Positions 1 to 10,897 of a stretch of DNA of 64,000 nucleotides are shown in pieces. A program made the translations under genes and the position numbers. Position 1 is the first letter of the stretch. The number at the start of each line of letters is the position of its first letter. The DNA is taken from contig NC_135901.1 of NCBI RefSeq assembly GCF_964194155.1, forward strand, positions 34,038,001-34,102,000. The letters run 5' to 3'. The stretch is from Cetorhinus maximus (taxonomy: Eukaryota). A model generated the notes under the pieces. The model made no database searches. It had not been told where the DNA came from and saw only the letters and a list, made by a program, of their open reading frames with translations.

Positions 1-564
1 CAACATCCTGGTGAATCTTCTCTGCACCCCCTCCAGTGCAAACACATCCTTATGGTAATGGAACTGGTTTTACTGCCGACTGTTTAAAGTGGCACAAATA
101 TCACTCCGGATCAACCCACCACAACTGCTCTTTGACAGCAGCACTCCAGGCCGAAAGGCCTTATATAATTTCTATAATTTTATATTACCCAGCACCACGG
201 ATGCTCTTTCCCAGTCATTCTGCCATTTTATAACCCATTCTATCGAAATGTACTTTGTTACCTTGTGTCCTGTCCTTCTGAAGTTAAGACCCGGAGTGAA
301 TTCAGTGAGAAGTTTTCTTGTCATTTCCGGCAGGAGATTTGGAACCAGACCAGTTGAATGACAGTTTAAATGGTGCCGACCCTTCACTGCAGCTCATTGT
401 GTTTTTGAGTGGAGATGATTTCTGCTTGTTACAAAGTGCAGGATGACCTGATTAACTGATGGAACTGGCTCCAGGTTCCCAGTGGTCAATTCCTGCTCCT
501 TTGACTTTGTTCTATTTTGGTGGCAATACCAGTGAAGGAGATGATTAAAAAGCTTTAGCACTGT

Positions 565-646
565 GGTAGCATGGCTGAGAGGTCTAAGGTGCTGGATTAA
601 GGTTCCAGTCTCTATGGAGGTGGGGGTTTGAATCCCACCACTACCA
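565..646 (+). pseudogene. tRNA-Leu(AAG) pseudogene
   Basis: GGTAGCATGGCTGAGAGGTCTAAGGTGCTGGATTAAGG...GAATCCCACCACTACCA is colinear with vertebrate tRNA-Leu-AAG (82 nt); most differences are at CpG sites, including the T-loop (TTCG>TTTG). Confidence 0.85.
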
Positions 647-1262
647 AACTTTCAGATAACCCCCACCCTTGCTTTCTGGGTGTTTGCCTCTCCTTAGGCC
701 TCTGTCACTCTTGGTGTATATGTCTCTGTGTGTGTCAGTGTAGCGCTTGTCCCCAAGGGGTGAACACATTTTTAACCATTGTAAACTTAATCCACTTTTA
801 TTATGTATCTTCATGGTAAATGGTACAGAGAATAACAACAGGTTTAAATGTTGCAAGAGGAGATTGACCCTCCCTAGGTTTTTATTGAGTGGACACTGCT
901 TATTGACTCAGTGCCTGTAGGTTACACAGCGGAGAACTACTGAAATTTTCACTGAGCAACGTTTAAACAGACAGTGGATTCACTCAGTGTGACGGTGTGT
1001 TCCAGTTCTATGTATGCAACACAGAATCAATTCCTATTAGCTGTTTTGAACACAACATTTCAAATAGGTTGGATGTTATACACATGTTGGAACTGATTTT
1101 CTTGTTTTACTTGAAATGAATATTCATAAATCTATTTGTGTGGGAACTTGCTGAATAGCAGCAGGACTGGCAAAGTTTGGACAATATTTCCTTGCAGCCA
1201 AAGGACACAAAGCAGAACTATGTCAGTAATATAATTAGGAGCAGGAATGGAAGGACTCTACT

Positions 1263-1336
1263 TGATGCTGGATGATCTCAAACCACCAACCTTTGAGCTG
1301 ACAGCTGAAGGCGCCTCGTGAGTCTGCCCGAGAAGC
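1263..1336 (-). pseudogene. degenerate tRNA-Asn(GTT)-like sequence
   Basis: ctcaaaccaccaacctttgagctgacagctgaaggcgc matches the reverse complement of tRNA-Asn (ctcgaaccaccaacctttcggttaacagccgaacgcgc); both ends are decayed. Confidence 0.55.
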
Positions 1337-1439
1337 AGCGTGGTGGGCCACTGGTTAGATTTCGGTGCTTTCACTTTCTTCTTTCCGTTCCCAGTGTCGA
1401 TGACGTGTAAATGTTGTAACGAGCAGCCAATGACCAATT

Positions 1440-1530
1440 TAACAAAGACTCAAAACGTTAGCTCTGTCGTTCCCTCCACAGATGCTGCCAAACCTGCTGA
1501 GAGCTTCCAGCACTTTCTGTTTTCATTATC
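1440..1530 (+). mobile_element. Penelope-like (family 1) 3' tail fragment
   Basis: gactcaaaacgttagctctg...cagatgctgccaaacctgctgagagcttccagca; same tail as at 14040-14150 and 38020-38120. Confidence 0.65.
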
Positions 1531-1901
1531 ATTACCGGCCTGATCATAACATAAACTAAATGGTCGGCCATAATCAGTGGAACGAGGACAGAGTCAAACT
1601 TTCACGGATGGTATTTTTGGAACTGGAGTGAAGATTGTTGAAATGCTTTATGCCGATCTGCTGGGCTCCTCCATCATTGAGGATGGGATTATTTCTGGGG
1701 CCTAATCATCCACTGCAGCTGCAAGGACAAAATCAGCTACCGATGCAGCATATTAAACTTCAGTCCGTTACAGGGATTTACTAACATCAGGAGAACCAAA
1801 CCCCAACTATCAAAATGAACATGGTTTAGTCGTTGATGCGATTAACAGCAGCAATAACAGTGAATACAACCTCTGGAGCCATTTGTGAACTCGCTGGTGT
1901 G

Positions 1902-4900
1902 TCAGCAGTTGGGATAGCTGAGTGAATCCCTTCCCACACTTAGAGCGGGTGAACAGTCTCCCTTCAGTGTGAACTCGCTGGTGTGCACTGAGGTTGGATG
2001 AAGACCTGAATCTCTTTCCACAGGAAGTACAGCTAAATGGCCTCCCCTCAGTGTAAATTCGCTGGTGAATGGTGGTGTCTCCGCGGTGTGAATACGCTGG
2101 TGTCTCAGCAGGCTGGATAACTGAGTGAATACCTTCCCACACTCGGAGCAGGTGAACGGTCTCTCCCCAGTGTGAATCCGCCGGTGTCTCAGCAGGTCAG
2201 ATGACTGAGTGAATCCCTTCCCACACTCGGAGCAGGTGAATGGCTTTCTCCCCCTGTGAACTCGCTGGTGTCTCAGGAGGTCAGATGACTGAGTGAATCC
2301 CTTCCCACACTCAGAGCAGACGAACGGTCTCTCCCCAGTGTGAATTCGTTGGTGTCTCAGCAGGCTGGATGACCAAGTGAATACCTTCTCACACTCGGAG
2401 CAGGTGAATGGTCCCTCCCCACTGTGAACTTGCTGGTGTCTCAGCAGGTCAGATGACTGAGTGAATCCCTTCCCACACTTGGAGCAGGTGAATGGTCTCT
2501 CCCCAGTGTGAATTCGCTGGTGTGTTCGCAGGTTAGCTGAGTAAGTGAATCCCTTCCCACACTCAGAGCAGCTGAATGGCCTCTTCCCCCTGTGAACCCT
2601 CTGGTGTCTCAGCAGGTTAGATGACTGAGTGAATCCCTTCCCACACTCAGGGCAGACGAATGGTCTCTCCCCTGTGTGAATTAGCTCATGTGTTCGCAGG
2701 CTGGCTGAGTAAGTGAATCCTTTCCCACACTCAGAGCAGGTGAATGGCCTCTTCCCCCTGTGAACTCGCTGGTGTCTCAGCAGCTCAGCTAACTGAGTGA
2801 ATCCGTTCCCACACTCGGAGCAGGTGAACAAATTTTTCCCCCTGTGAACTCGCTGGTGTCTCAGCAGGTCAGATGACTGAGTGAATCCCTTCCCACATTC
2901 AGAGCAGGTGAACGGTCTCTCCCCAGTGTGAATTAGCTGGTGTGTTCGCAGGTTGGCTGACTGAGTGAAGCCCTTCCCACACTCAGAGCAGGTGAATGGA
3001 CTCTTCTCACTGTGAACTCGCTGGTGTCTCAGCAGCTCAGATGATTGAGTGAATCCCTTCCCACACTCGGAGCAGGTGAACAGTCTCTCTCCACTGTGAA
3101 ATAGCTGGTGTCTCAGCAGGCTGGATAACCGAGTGAATACTTTCCCACACTCGGAGCAGGTGAATGGTCTCGCCCCACTGTGAACCTGCTGGTGTCTCAG
3201 CAGGTCAGAGGACTGAGTGAATCCCTTCCCACACTCGGAGCAAGTTAATGGCCTCTCTCCAGTGTGAACCCGCTGGTGTCTCAGCAGGTCAGATGATTGA
3301 GTGAATCCCTTCCCACACTCAGAGCAGGTGAATGGTCTCTCCCCAGTGTGAATACGCTGGTGTGTTCGCAGGTTAGCCGATTGAGTGAATCCCTTCCCAC
3401 AATCGGAGCAGGTGAACGGCTTTATCCCCCTGTGAACTTGCTGGTGTCTCAGCAGGTCAGATGACTGAGTGAATCCCTTCCCACATTTGGAACAGGTGAA
3501 CGGCCTCTCTCCAGTGTGAAGCTGCTGATGTCTCAGCAGGCTGGATAACCGAGTGAATACTTTCCCACACTCGGAGCAGGTGAACGGCCTCTCTCCAGTG
3601 TGAACCCGTTGGTGTGTCAGCAGGCTGGATAACCGAGTGAATACCTTCCCACACTCGGAGCAGGTGAATGGCCTCTCCCCACTGTGAACCCGCTGGTGTC
3701 TCAGCAGGTCAGATGACTGAGTGAAGCACTTCGCACACTCGGAGCAGGTGAATGGCCTCTCTCCAGTGTGAAATTGCTGGTGTCTCAGCAGGCTGGATAA
3801 CCGAGTGAATACTTTCCCACATTCGGAGCAGGTGAACGGCCTCTCTCCAGTGTGGACCCGCTGGTGTCTCAGCAGGTCAGATGACTGAGAGAATCTCTTC
3901 CCACACTCAGAGCAGGTGAATGGCCTCTCTCCAGTGTGAACTCGTTGGTGTGTCAGCAGGCTGGATAACCGACTGAATACCTTCCCACACTCAGAACAGG
4001 TGAATGGTCCCTGCCCACTGTGAACCCTCTGGTGTGTCAGCAGGTCAGATGACTGAGTGAATCCCTTCCCACACTCAGAGCAGGTGAACGGCCTCTCCCC
4101 AGTGTGAACTCGCTGGTGTCTCAGCAGGTCAGATGACTGAGTGAATCCCTTCCCACACTCAGAGCAGGTGAACGGTCTCTCCCCAGTGTGAATTCGCTGG
4201 TGTGTTCGCAGGTTGGCTGAGTGAGTGAATCCCTTCCCACACTCGGAGCAGTTGAATGGCTTCTTCTCACTGTGAACTCGCTGGTGTCTCAGCAGTTCAG
4301 ATGACTGAGTGAATCCCTTCCCACATTCGGAGCAGGTGAACGGCCTTTCTCTAGTGTGAAACCGCTGGTGTCTCAGCAGGCTGGATAACCGAGTGAATAC
4401 TTTCCCACACTCGGAGCAGTTGAACAGCCTCTCTCCAATGTGAACCTGCTGGTGTCTCAGCAGGTCAGATGACTGAGAGAATCTCTTCCCACACTCGGAG
4501 CAGGTGAATTGTCTCTCTCCAGTGTGAAATTGCTGGTGTCTCAGCAGGCTGGATAACCGAGTGAATCCTTTCCCACACTCGGAGCAGGTGAATGGTCCCT
4601 CCCCACTGTGAACCCGCTGGTGTGTCAGCAGGTCAGATGACTGAGTGAATCCCTTCCCACACTCGGAGCAGGTGAACGGCCTCTCCCCAGTGTGAATTCG
4701 CTGGTGTCTCAGCAGGTCAGATGACTGAGTGAATCCCTTCCCACACTCGGAGCAGGTGAACGGTCTCTCCCCAGTGTGAATTCGCTGGTGTGTTCGCAGG
4801 TTGGCTGAGTGAGTGAATCCCTTCCCACACTCGGAGCAGGTGAACGGCTTTTTCCCACTGTGGACTCGCTGGTGTATCAGCAGCTCAGATGACTGAGTGA

Positions 4901-5108
4901 ATCCGTTCCCACACTCAGAGCAGGTGAACGGCCTCTCTCCAGTGTGAATTCGCTGGTGTGTTCGCAGGTTGTCTGACCGAGTGAATCCCTTCCCACACTC
5001 GGAGCAGGTGAACGGCCTCTCCCTGGTGTGACTGCGTCGATGTTTTTCCAGCTGGGATGGGTAATTGAATCCTTTCCCACAGTCCTCACATTTCCACGGT
5101 TTCTCCAT
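1902..5108 (-). CDS. C2H2 zinc-finger protein A: 36 tandem fingers, then a frameshifted C-terminus (2 further fingers in another frame, ORF 1810-2142)
   Basis: 1068-aa ORF of CxxC-x12-HxxxH repeats with TGERP linkers; Kozak accATGg; upstream acceptor ttttacag at 5471-5478; frame change near 2075. Confidence 0.92.
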   Translation of the reverse strand: MEKPWKCEDCGKGFNYPSQLEKHRRSHTRERPFTCSECGKGFTRSDNLRTHQRIHTGERPFTCSECGNGFTQSSELLIHQRVHSGKKPFTCSECGKGFTHSANLRTHQRIHTGERPFTCSECGKGFTQSSDLLRHQRIHTGERPFTCSECGKGFTQSSDLLTHQRVHSGEGPFTCSECGKGFTRLSSLLRHQQFHTGERQFTCSECGKRFSQSSDLLRHQQVHIGERLFNCSECGKVFTRLSSLLRHQRFHTRERPFTCSECGKGFTQSSELLRHQRVHSEKKPFNCSECGKGFTHSANLRTHQRIHTGERPFTCSECGKGFTQSSDLLRHQRVHTGERPFTCSECGKGFTQSSDLLTHQRVHSGQGPFTCSECGKVFSRLSSLLTHQRVHTGERPFTCSECGKRFSQSSDLLRHQRVHTGERPFTCSECGKVFTRLSSLLRHQQFHTGERPFTCSECAKCFTQSSDLLRHQRVHSGERPFTCSECGKVFTRLSSLLTHQRVHTGERPFTCSECGKVFTRLSSLLRHQQLHTGERPFTCSKCGKGFTQSSDLLRHQQVHRGIKPFTCSDCGKGFTQSANLRTHQRIHTGERPFTCSECGKGFTQSSDLLRHQRVHTGERPLTCSECGKGFTQSSDLLRHQQVHSGARPFTCSECGKVFTRLSSLLRHQLFHSGERLFTCSECGKGFTQSSELLRHQRVHSEKSPFTCSECGKGFTQSANLRTHQLIHTGERPFTCSECGKGFTQSSDLLRHQRVHRGKNLFTCSECGNGFTQLAELLRHQRVHRGKRPFTCSECGKGFTYSASLRTHELIHTGERPFVCPECGKGFTQSSNLLRHQRVHRGKRPFSCSECGKGFTYSANLRTHQRIHTGERPFTCSKCGKGFTQSSDLLRHQQVHSGEGPFTCSECEKVFTWSSSLLRHQRIHTGERPFVCSECGKGFTQSSDLLRHQRVHRGRKPFTCSECGKGFTQSSDLLRHRRIHTGERPFTCSECGKVFTQLSSLLRHQRIHTAETPPFTSEFTLRGGHLAVLPVERDSGLHPTSVHTSEFTLKGDCSPALSVGRDSLSYPNC

Positions 5109-5470
5109 GGTACGGGTGTCCCTGTGTCTCTCCAGGTTTGATAATCAGTTGAATCCTTGTTCACACACAGAACACGTGTCCGGTCTCTTTCCGCTGTGAA
5201 TGGTGAGATGTTTTTTCAGGCTGTGTAACTGGTTAAAGCTCTTTCCACAGTCAGTTCACTGGAACACTCTCATGCGGGTGTGTGTGCCTTGGTGCTTTCC
5301 CAGTCGCTGATGTTTGAAATCTTTTTCCACAGACGGAACAGACAAACATTTCTCCTTTCGCATTAAAAGGCCGATGATATTCAGGTCCTGATGAATCGAG
5401 TGACTCTGTCAGATCTTGCTGTGATTTTTGATTTGAGTTCCCCCTCTGTAAATCCTCCCCTTTCAATACC
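5109..5470 (-). other. conserved ZNF leader (5' part of last exon) with three degenerate fingers
   Basis: Translates as [63 protein letters not shown]; paralogous to 15118-15431, 44403-44736 and 61743-62095. Confidence 0.8.
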
Positions 5471-5939
5471 CTGTAAAAGGAGTTTACAAAAGTCATCACT
5501 GTAAGAACAGGATAGAAATTCAGAGCAGATAATTCTTGTTTCCATGCAACATTATTCCTTGTCTTGTTCCTCCAAAACTGCAAATCCCTGTCCCACACAC
5601 TCTCCCTCCTCCCTGTGCTGAAATCCAAACAGAGATTTGCACAATTCTTCTCATATCTTTTTAACCAAATTTGTACAACTGGAGGTGATAATATGTTTGA
5701 TCATTCACTTCAGTCATTACTCATGACCAAACATTAACCTGAAGCCCCCTGACCGACCATACAGAATAGCAGACGTTAACCTTGTGTCCAAAACTTACTG
5801 TGTGGAGATTTAATGAGCGATCATGAAGGTGGTTTCTCCAAACCTCCCAGGGTTTCCCTTCCTTCCTTCTCTCCTTCTCTAATTAAGTTAAACCTGGGCT
5901 CAGTCTCATGGTCCATTCTGGTTACTGCTTCTCTTCCTG

Positions 5940-6645
5940 ATGATTAATTAACCCCAATTAAACACTGAGAAGACAGAAGACACTGTTTTCAGTCCATGCT
6001 CCAATCCCCATTCCCTAGGTACCAACTCCATCCCTCTTGCTAGGAACAGTCTGAGATTAAGCCACTGTGTTCAGAACCTCGGTGTTACATTTAATCTCGA
6101 CATAAGCTTCTGACCTCATATCTGTGCCATCACTAAGATCACTGGTTTCCAACTCCGTAACATCACCTGACCTCACCCCTGTCTCAATGCATCTGCTGCT
6201 GAAACCCTCATCGCTGCCGTTGGTACCTCCAGACTTGACTATTCCAACACATTCCTTGCTGTTCTCCCACATTCTACTCTCCATAAACCTGAAGCCATCC
6301 AAAGGTCTGCTGTCCATGTCTTCACTCATAGCAAGTCCTGTTCCTCTGTCACCCATCTGCTTCCTGACCTGCCTTGGCTCCCAGTCAAGCAACAACTTGA
6401 TTTTAAAATTCTCATCCTTGTTTTCAAATCCCTCCATGGCCATGCCCCTCCCTAACTCTGTAATCTCCTCCAGCCCCACAACCCTCTGAGATATCTACAC
6501 TGCTCGAATTCTGGCATCTTGCACATTCTCCATTTTAATCGCTCCAGCATTCATGACCACGCCTTAAGTTCCCTCCTTCCCAAGCTCTGAAACTCTCTCC
6601 CTGCACCACTCCCTCTGTCGACCACACTTTCCCCCTTTAAGACAC
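5940..6645 (+). mobile_element. L2-clade LINE 3' fragment
   Basis: Decayed QLNxxKTE / NLGVxFD / LxWLPV..IxFKIL motifs; also present in the duplicated units at 15900-16560 and 45210-45870. Confidence 0.7.
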
Positions 6646-7062
6646 TTGAGTATTGCTAAAAAAAGACATTCTGTAAAAACTTTTTCTATTGCATTTATCA
6701 GGACAGACGCAAGAACACCAAATTTCAAAGATTATCAGTCAGGCTCATAATGTGTCTCACTTACACTTGCAAGAAGCTACATATATTCATACAGAGGGAA
6801 CTGTCCACTGCAGGCAGAAGGGACATGTCCAGGCATGGGACCTTTTTTGAATTAAACAAAAGCATGGAGGATGGTAGCTCTTTGGTGCATTCTCCATGGC
6901 AATGCCTGGACCAATCAGAGCCGACTGGCCAGCCAGTCAACGCCCTTTCCTCGTGCAGCAAAAACTGTTGTTCGCTCAGAAATTTGGTTTTCTTGCATCT
7001 GTCCGGGAGACTACAACATGAAATATCAACAATATGTCTCCCTTTTTCAGCAATACTTAAAT
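6646..7062 (+). mobile_element. Penelope-like element family 2: 3' end with ~85-bp inverted terminal copy
   Basis: The paralogue at 16572-16895 translates as LLEASYIHTQGPVLCRQK (GIY-YIG C-terminus-like); ends ttgagtattgct...agcaatacttaa are inverted repeats. Confidence 0.6.
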
Positions 7063-7152
7063 TCTGTACTACTGAGTGACTATGGGTTTACAATTCTATT
7101 GTTGCTGATCTAAAAGTCCCGGTGAACCCACATTTTATGAGTGTCTCCCTCG

Positions 7153-7345
7153 GGCTGTTGTTCATTGTCCCCGTGAGGATGGCGGTTGCGCATGCGCCCA
7201 TCTCGACACTGCCCCTATAAAGATAGCAGTCACGCATGCGCCCAACATTACATTGCCCCTATAAAGATGGCAGTGACGCATGCGCCCAACATTACATTGC
7301 CCCTATAAAGATGGCGGTTGCGCCTGCGCCCAACATTACATTGCT
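7153..7345. repeat. 44-bp tandem repeat (~4 units), each with YY1- and NRF1-type motifs
   Basis: Unit cccaacattacattgcccctataaagatggcggttgcgcatgcg at 7197, 7241 and 7285 plus partial units. Confidence 0.85.
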
Positions 7346-7520
7346 GTGAACTGGGGCCCTCTTTCTGCAGCATCGAGAAAATGCGGGACTGATGGCTCCT
7401 TATTGAGGGTTTTGGGCCAGCACTGTCAGTCTATGAAACTTTTCAACCCACCGGTCAGCCCTATCTCTTTTCACGGGTTTATTTTCGGTCCTGGATCCGC
7501 ACTCGGTCTTTGTAAAACTC

Positions 7521-8875
7521 CCCTTGTCCAGTCCGTTCCCACCTACATCTGTGATTCCTCTGACACCCTATATCATATCAACAATTTCCAGTTCCCTGGC
7601 CCAACCGCCTCCTCTTCACCATGGACGTCCAATCCCTCTACACCTCCATCCCCCATGGGGATGGTCTAATGGCTCTCCGCTTCATCCTCGAACAGAGGCC
7701 CGAACAATCCCCATCCACCACTACTCTTCTCCGTCTGGCTGAATTTGTTCTCACACTAAAGAATTTCTCCTTAAACTCCTCTCACTTCCTCCAAATAAAA
7801 GGTGTGGCTATGGGTACCCGCATGGGCCCCAGCTATGCCTGTCTCTTTATGGGGTATGTGGAACATTCCTTGGTCCAGTCCTACTCTTTCTCCGGTACAT
7901 CGATGATTACTTCGGTGCTGCTTCATGCTCTCGTCAGGACCTGGAAAAATTTATTAATTTTGCTTCCAATTTCCACCCCTCCATCATTTTCACATGGTCC
8001 ATCTCTGACACTTCCCTTCCCTTCCTTGACCTCTCTGTCTCAATTTCTGGTGACAGACTGTCCACCAATATCCATTACAAGCCTACCGACTCCCACAGCT
8101 ACCTCGACTACAGCTCCTCACATCCCGCTTCCTGTAAGGACTCCATCCCATTCTCTCAGTTCCTTCGCCTCCATTGCATCTGTTCTGATGATGCCACTTT
8201 CAAAAACAGTTCCTCTGACATGTCCTCCTTCTTCCTTAACCGAGGATTTCCACCCACGGTGGTTGACATGGCCCTCAACCGTGTCCGGCCCATCTCCCGC
8301 GCATCCGCCCTCACACCTTCCTCTCCCTCCCAGAAACATGATAAGGTCCCCCTTGTCCTCACTTATCACCCCACCAGCCTCCGCATTCAAAGGATCATCC
8401 TCCGCCATTTACGCCAACTCCAGCATGATGCCACCACCAAACACATCTTCCCTTCACCCCCCCCCGCGGCATTCCGTAGGGATCGTTCCCTCCGGGACAC
8501 CCTGGTCCACTCCTCCATCACCCCCTACACCTCAACCCCCTCCCACGGCACCCTCCCATGCAACCGCAGAAGGTGCAACACCTGCCCCTTTACTTCCCCT
8601 CTTCTCACCGTCCAAGGGCCCAAACACTCCTTTCAAGTGAAGCAACATTTCACTTGTACTTCCCTCAATTAAGTCTACTGCATTCGCTGCTCCCAATGCG
8701 GTTTCCTCTACACTGGAGAGACCATACGCAGACTGGGCGACCGCTTTGCAGAACACCTGCGGTCTGTCTGCAAGCATGACCCAGACCTCTCTGTCGCTTG
8801 CCATTTCAATACACCACCCTGCTCTCTTGCCCACATGTCTGTCCTTGGCTTGCTGCAATGTTCCAGTGAAGCCCA
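7521..8875 (+). mobile_element. Penelope-like retroelement (family 1) RT + GIY-YIG fragment
   Basis: MDVQSLYTSIP, GVAMGTRMGPSYACLFM, FFLNRGFPP, PLVLTYHP, CNRRRCNTC and VYCIRCSQCG..YTGET motifs with frameshifts. Confidence 0.9.
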
Positions 8876-9330
8876 ACATGACATTGCCCCTAGAAAGATG
8901 ACAGTTGCGCATGCGCCCAACATTACATTGCCGTGAACTGGGGCCTTCTATCGACAGCATCGAGAAAACGCGGGTCCAATGGCTCCTTATTGAGGGTTTG
9001 GGGCCGACACCGTGAGTTTATGAAGCTTTCCAACCCACCAGTCAGCCCTATCTCTCTTCACGGGTTTATTTTCGGTCTTGGATCCGCACTCGGTCGTTAT
9101 AAAACTCGCATTTTAAATCCGCTCGCTCGAGCTCGCTTAACGTCTGTCTCCACCGACTGCGCATGCTCCAGCTCACAATGACCGACGGCAGCTCCGGACG
9201 AATGGGAAGAGGGGGCGGAACTGGAGGACCGTGCGGGAGAGGCTGGACCTCCAGCCAATTGGAGTTGAATGAGGGGCCGGGTGGGGGCGCCTGGCTGGAC
9301 CGGAGCATGCGCAATACGGGTGAGATGAAA
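8872..9330. promoter_or_regulatory. CpG-island ZNF promoter cassette, probably bidirectional (for gene A)
   Basis: CpG-rich; ctgcgcatgctc at ~9157, GC box gggggcgg, ccaat at ~9256 and an oppositely oriented gagcatgcgca at ~9303; paralogous to 46560-47007. Confidence 0.7.
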
Positions 9331-9469
9331 GCTGTCAGGTTGAGTCCAGCTGGTGTGAAAGGGTCGAGTGCAGGAGAGGAATGGAGCCGGAGGGTGGACT
9401 GGGAGGGTTCACAAACACCCGGTGTAGGACTCCAAACCCGGATTAGAAACTCCCGGAGCCCAGTTTACA

Positions 9470-9726
9470 CCGAGTGTTTGGAAACTCCTTTTCCAGGGGG
9501 TAAGGGGAGCATTTACACACAGCAAACTCAAACCAAGAGTTCCCCATTTCTATCCTGGACTGACCTGCTGAAACACAGTGAATTCATGCTGGAGTGAGGC
9601 TGTTCAGTTGCTCACTGTGTGATATCAGCACATCATCCCACCTGCTGAGGCACAGGCACATTCACACTGACGACAGACCTTTTAAATGACCAGAGTGTGA
9701 GAAGTGCTTTAAAAGGTGTGGGGAAC
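9470..9726 (+). pseudogene. ZNF gene remnant divergent from gene A
   Basis: Acceptor/leader fragment (ccttttccag...aaactcaaacca) followed by decayed fingers (cacattcacactgacgacagaccttttaaatgaccagagtgtgagaagtgc). Confidence 0.7.
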
Positions 9727-10897
9727 TTTGCGGGGAGGTTTGCTGGTGCTATTGGCGGGGTTTTAAACTAATTTGTCATGGGGATGGGATACCGAGTGGA
9801 GATAGAGTCGGGGGTGATGTACAGAGAGGTATATAAGAAAGAAACAAGTCAGTCTGGAATGCAGAGTGTACAAAGTCAAATTAAGGCACAAGGGAACATG
9901 GCAAGGCTGGATGGCATTTATTTTAATGCAAGGCGTGTTGCGAGTAAGGCAGATGAGTTGAGGATGTTTATTAACACATGGGGATATGTCATTGCTATCA
10001 CAGAGACATGGCTGAGGGAGGGGCAGGACTGGCAGCTCAATATTCCAGGGTATAGAAGCTTCAGGCAAGAAAGGAAGGGGTGGGATGGAGGGGGGGTTGT
10101 AAAAGAGGTGGTGGTGTCACAATATTGATCAAGGCATCAATTACTGCAGAGAGGAGGGATGGTATCTTAGAAGGTTCCTTAAATGAGGCCGTATGGGAAG
10201 AACTTAAAAATAAAAAGGGGGCAATCACATTGTTGGGAGTGTACTATAGACCCCCAAACAGGCAGGGAGAGATAGAAGGGCAGATATCTAGGCAAATCTC
10301 AGAGAACTGTCAAAAAAATAGTGTAATAATAGTCGGGGATTTCAACTTCCCCAATGTTAACTGGGATAGACAAAGTATGAAAGGCTTAGAGGGGGCTGAA
10401 TTCTTAAAATGTATCCAGGAGAACTTTTTAAGCCAGCACATAGAAAGTCCTACAAGAGAGGGGGTGGTGCTGGATCTTCTTTTAGGGGACAAAGCTGGGC
10501 AAGTGGTAGAAATGTCAGTGGGGGAGCATTTCAGTGATAGTGACCATAACTCAGTAAGATTTAAGGTAGTTATGGAAAAGGACAAAGATGGACCAGAAAT
10601 CAAGGTTCTGAACTGGGGGGAAGACCGATTTTAATATGATAAGACAGGATCTGGCCAAAGTGGACTGGGAGCAGCTACTTGTAAAAAAATCTACATCAGA
10701 GCAGTGGGAGTCATTCAAAAAGGAAATAGAGAGTGTGCAGGGCCAACATGTTCCTGTAAAGGACCGACAAGTACAGAGAATTTGCAGGATTAGATAAGGG
10801 AAAAGAAAATGAAGTTTATGGTAGATACGGAGGGCTCAAAATAGTGGGAGCCCTTGAGGAGTATAGAAAGTGCAGGGGGTTACTTAAAAAAGAAATT
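9727..10897 (+). mobile_element. CR1 (HER1-like) LINE: ORF1 end and ORF2 AP-endonuclease domain, frameshifted
   Basis: IYFNAR, IAITETWL, GGGV, GVYYRPPN, IVGDFNFP and SDHNSV motifs. Confidence 0.9.

Noticed and set aside
149-160. GGCCGAAAGGCC hairpin resembling hammerhead stem II
   Set aside because: Not flanked by CUGANGA and GAAA cores.
1902-5108. PRDM9 or a specific human ZNF orthologue
   Set aside because: No SET/KRAB/SSXRD exons are seen and finger similarity is generic, so no gene symbol was assigned.
5251-5628. ORF upstream of gene A as an independent gene (also 15342-15647, 44556-45177)
   Set aside because: It runs across the splice acceptor from intron into leader, lacks a conserved ATG start and changes frame between paralogues.
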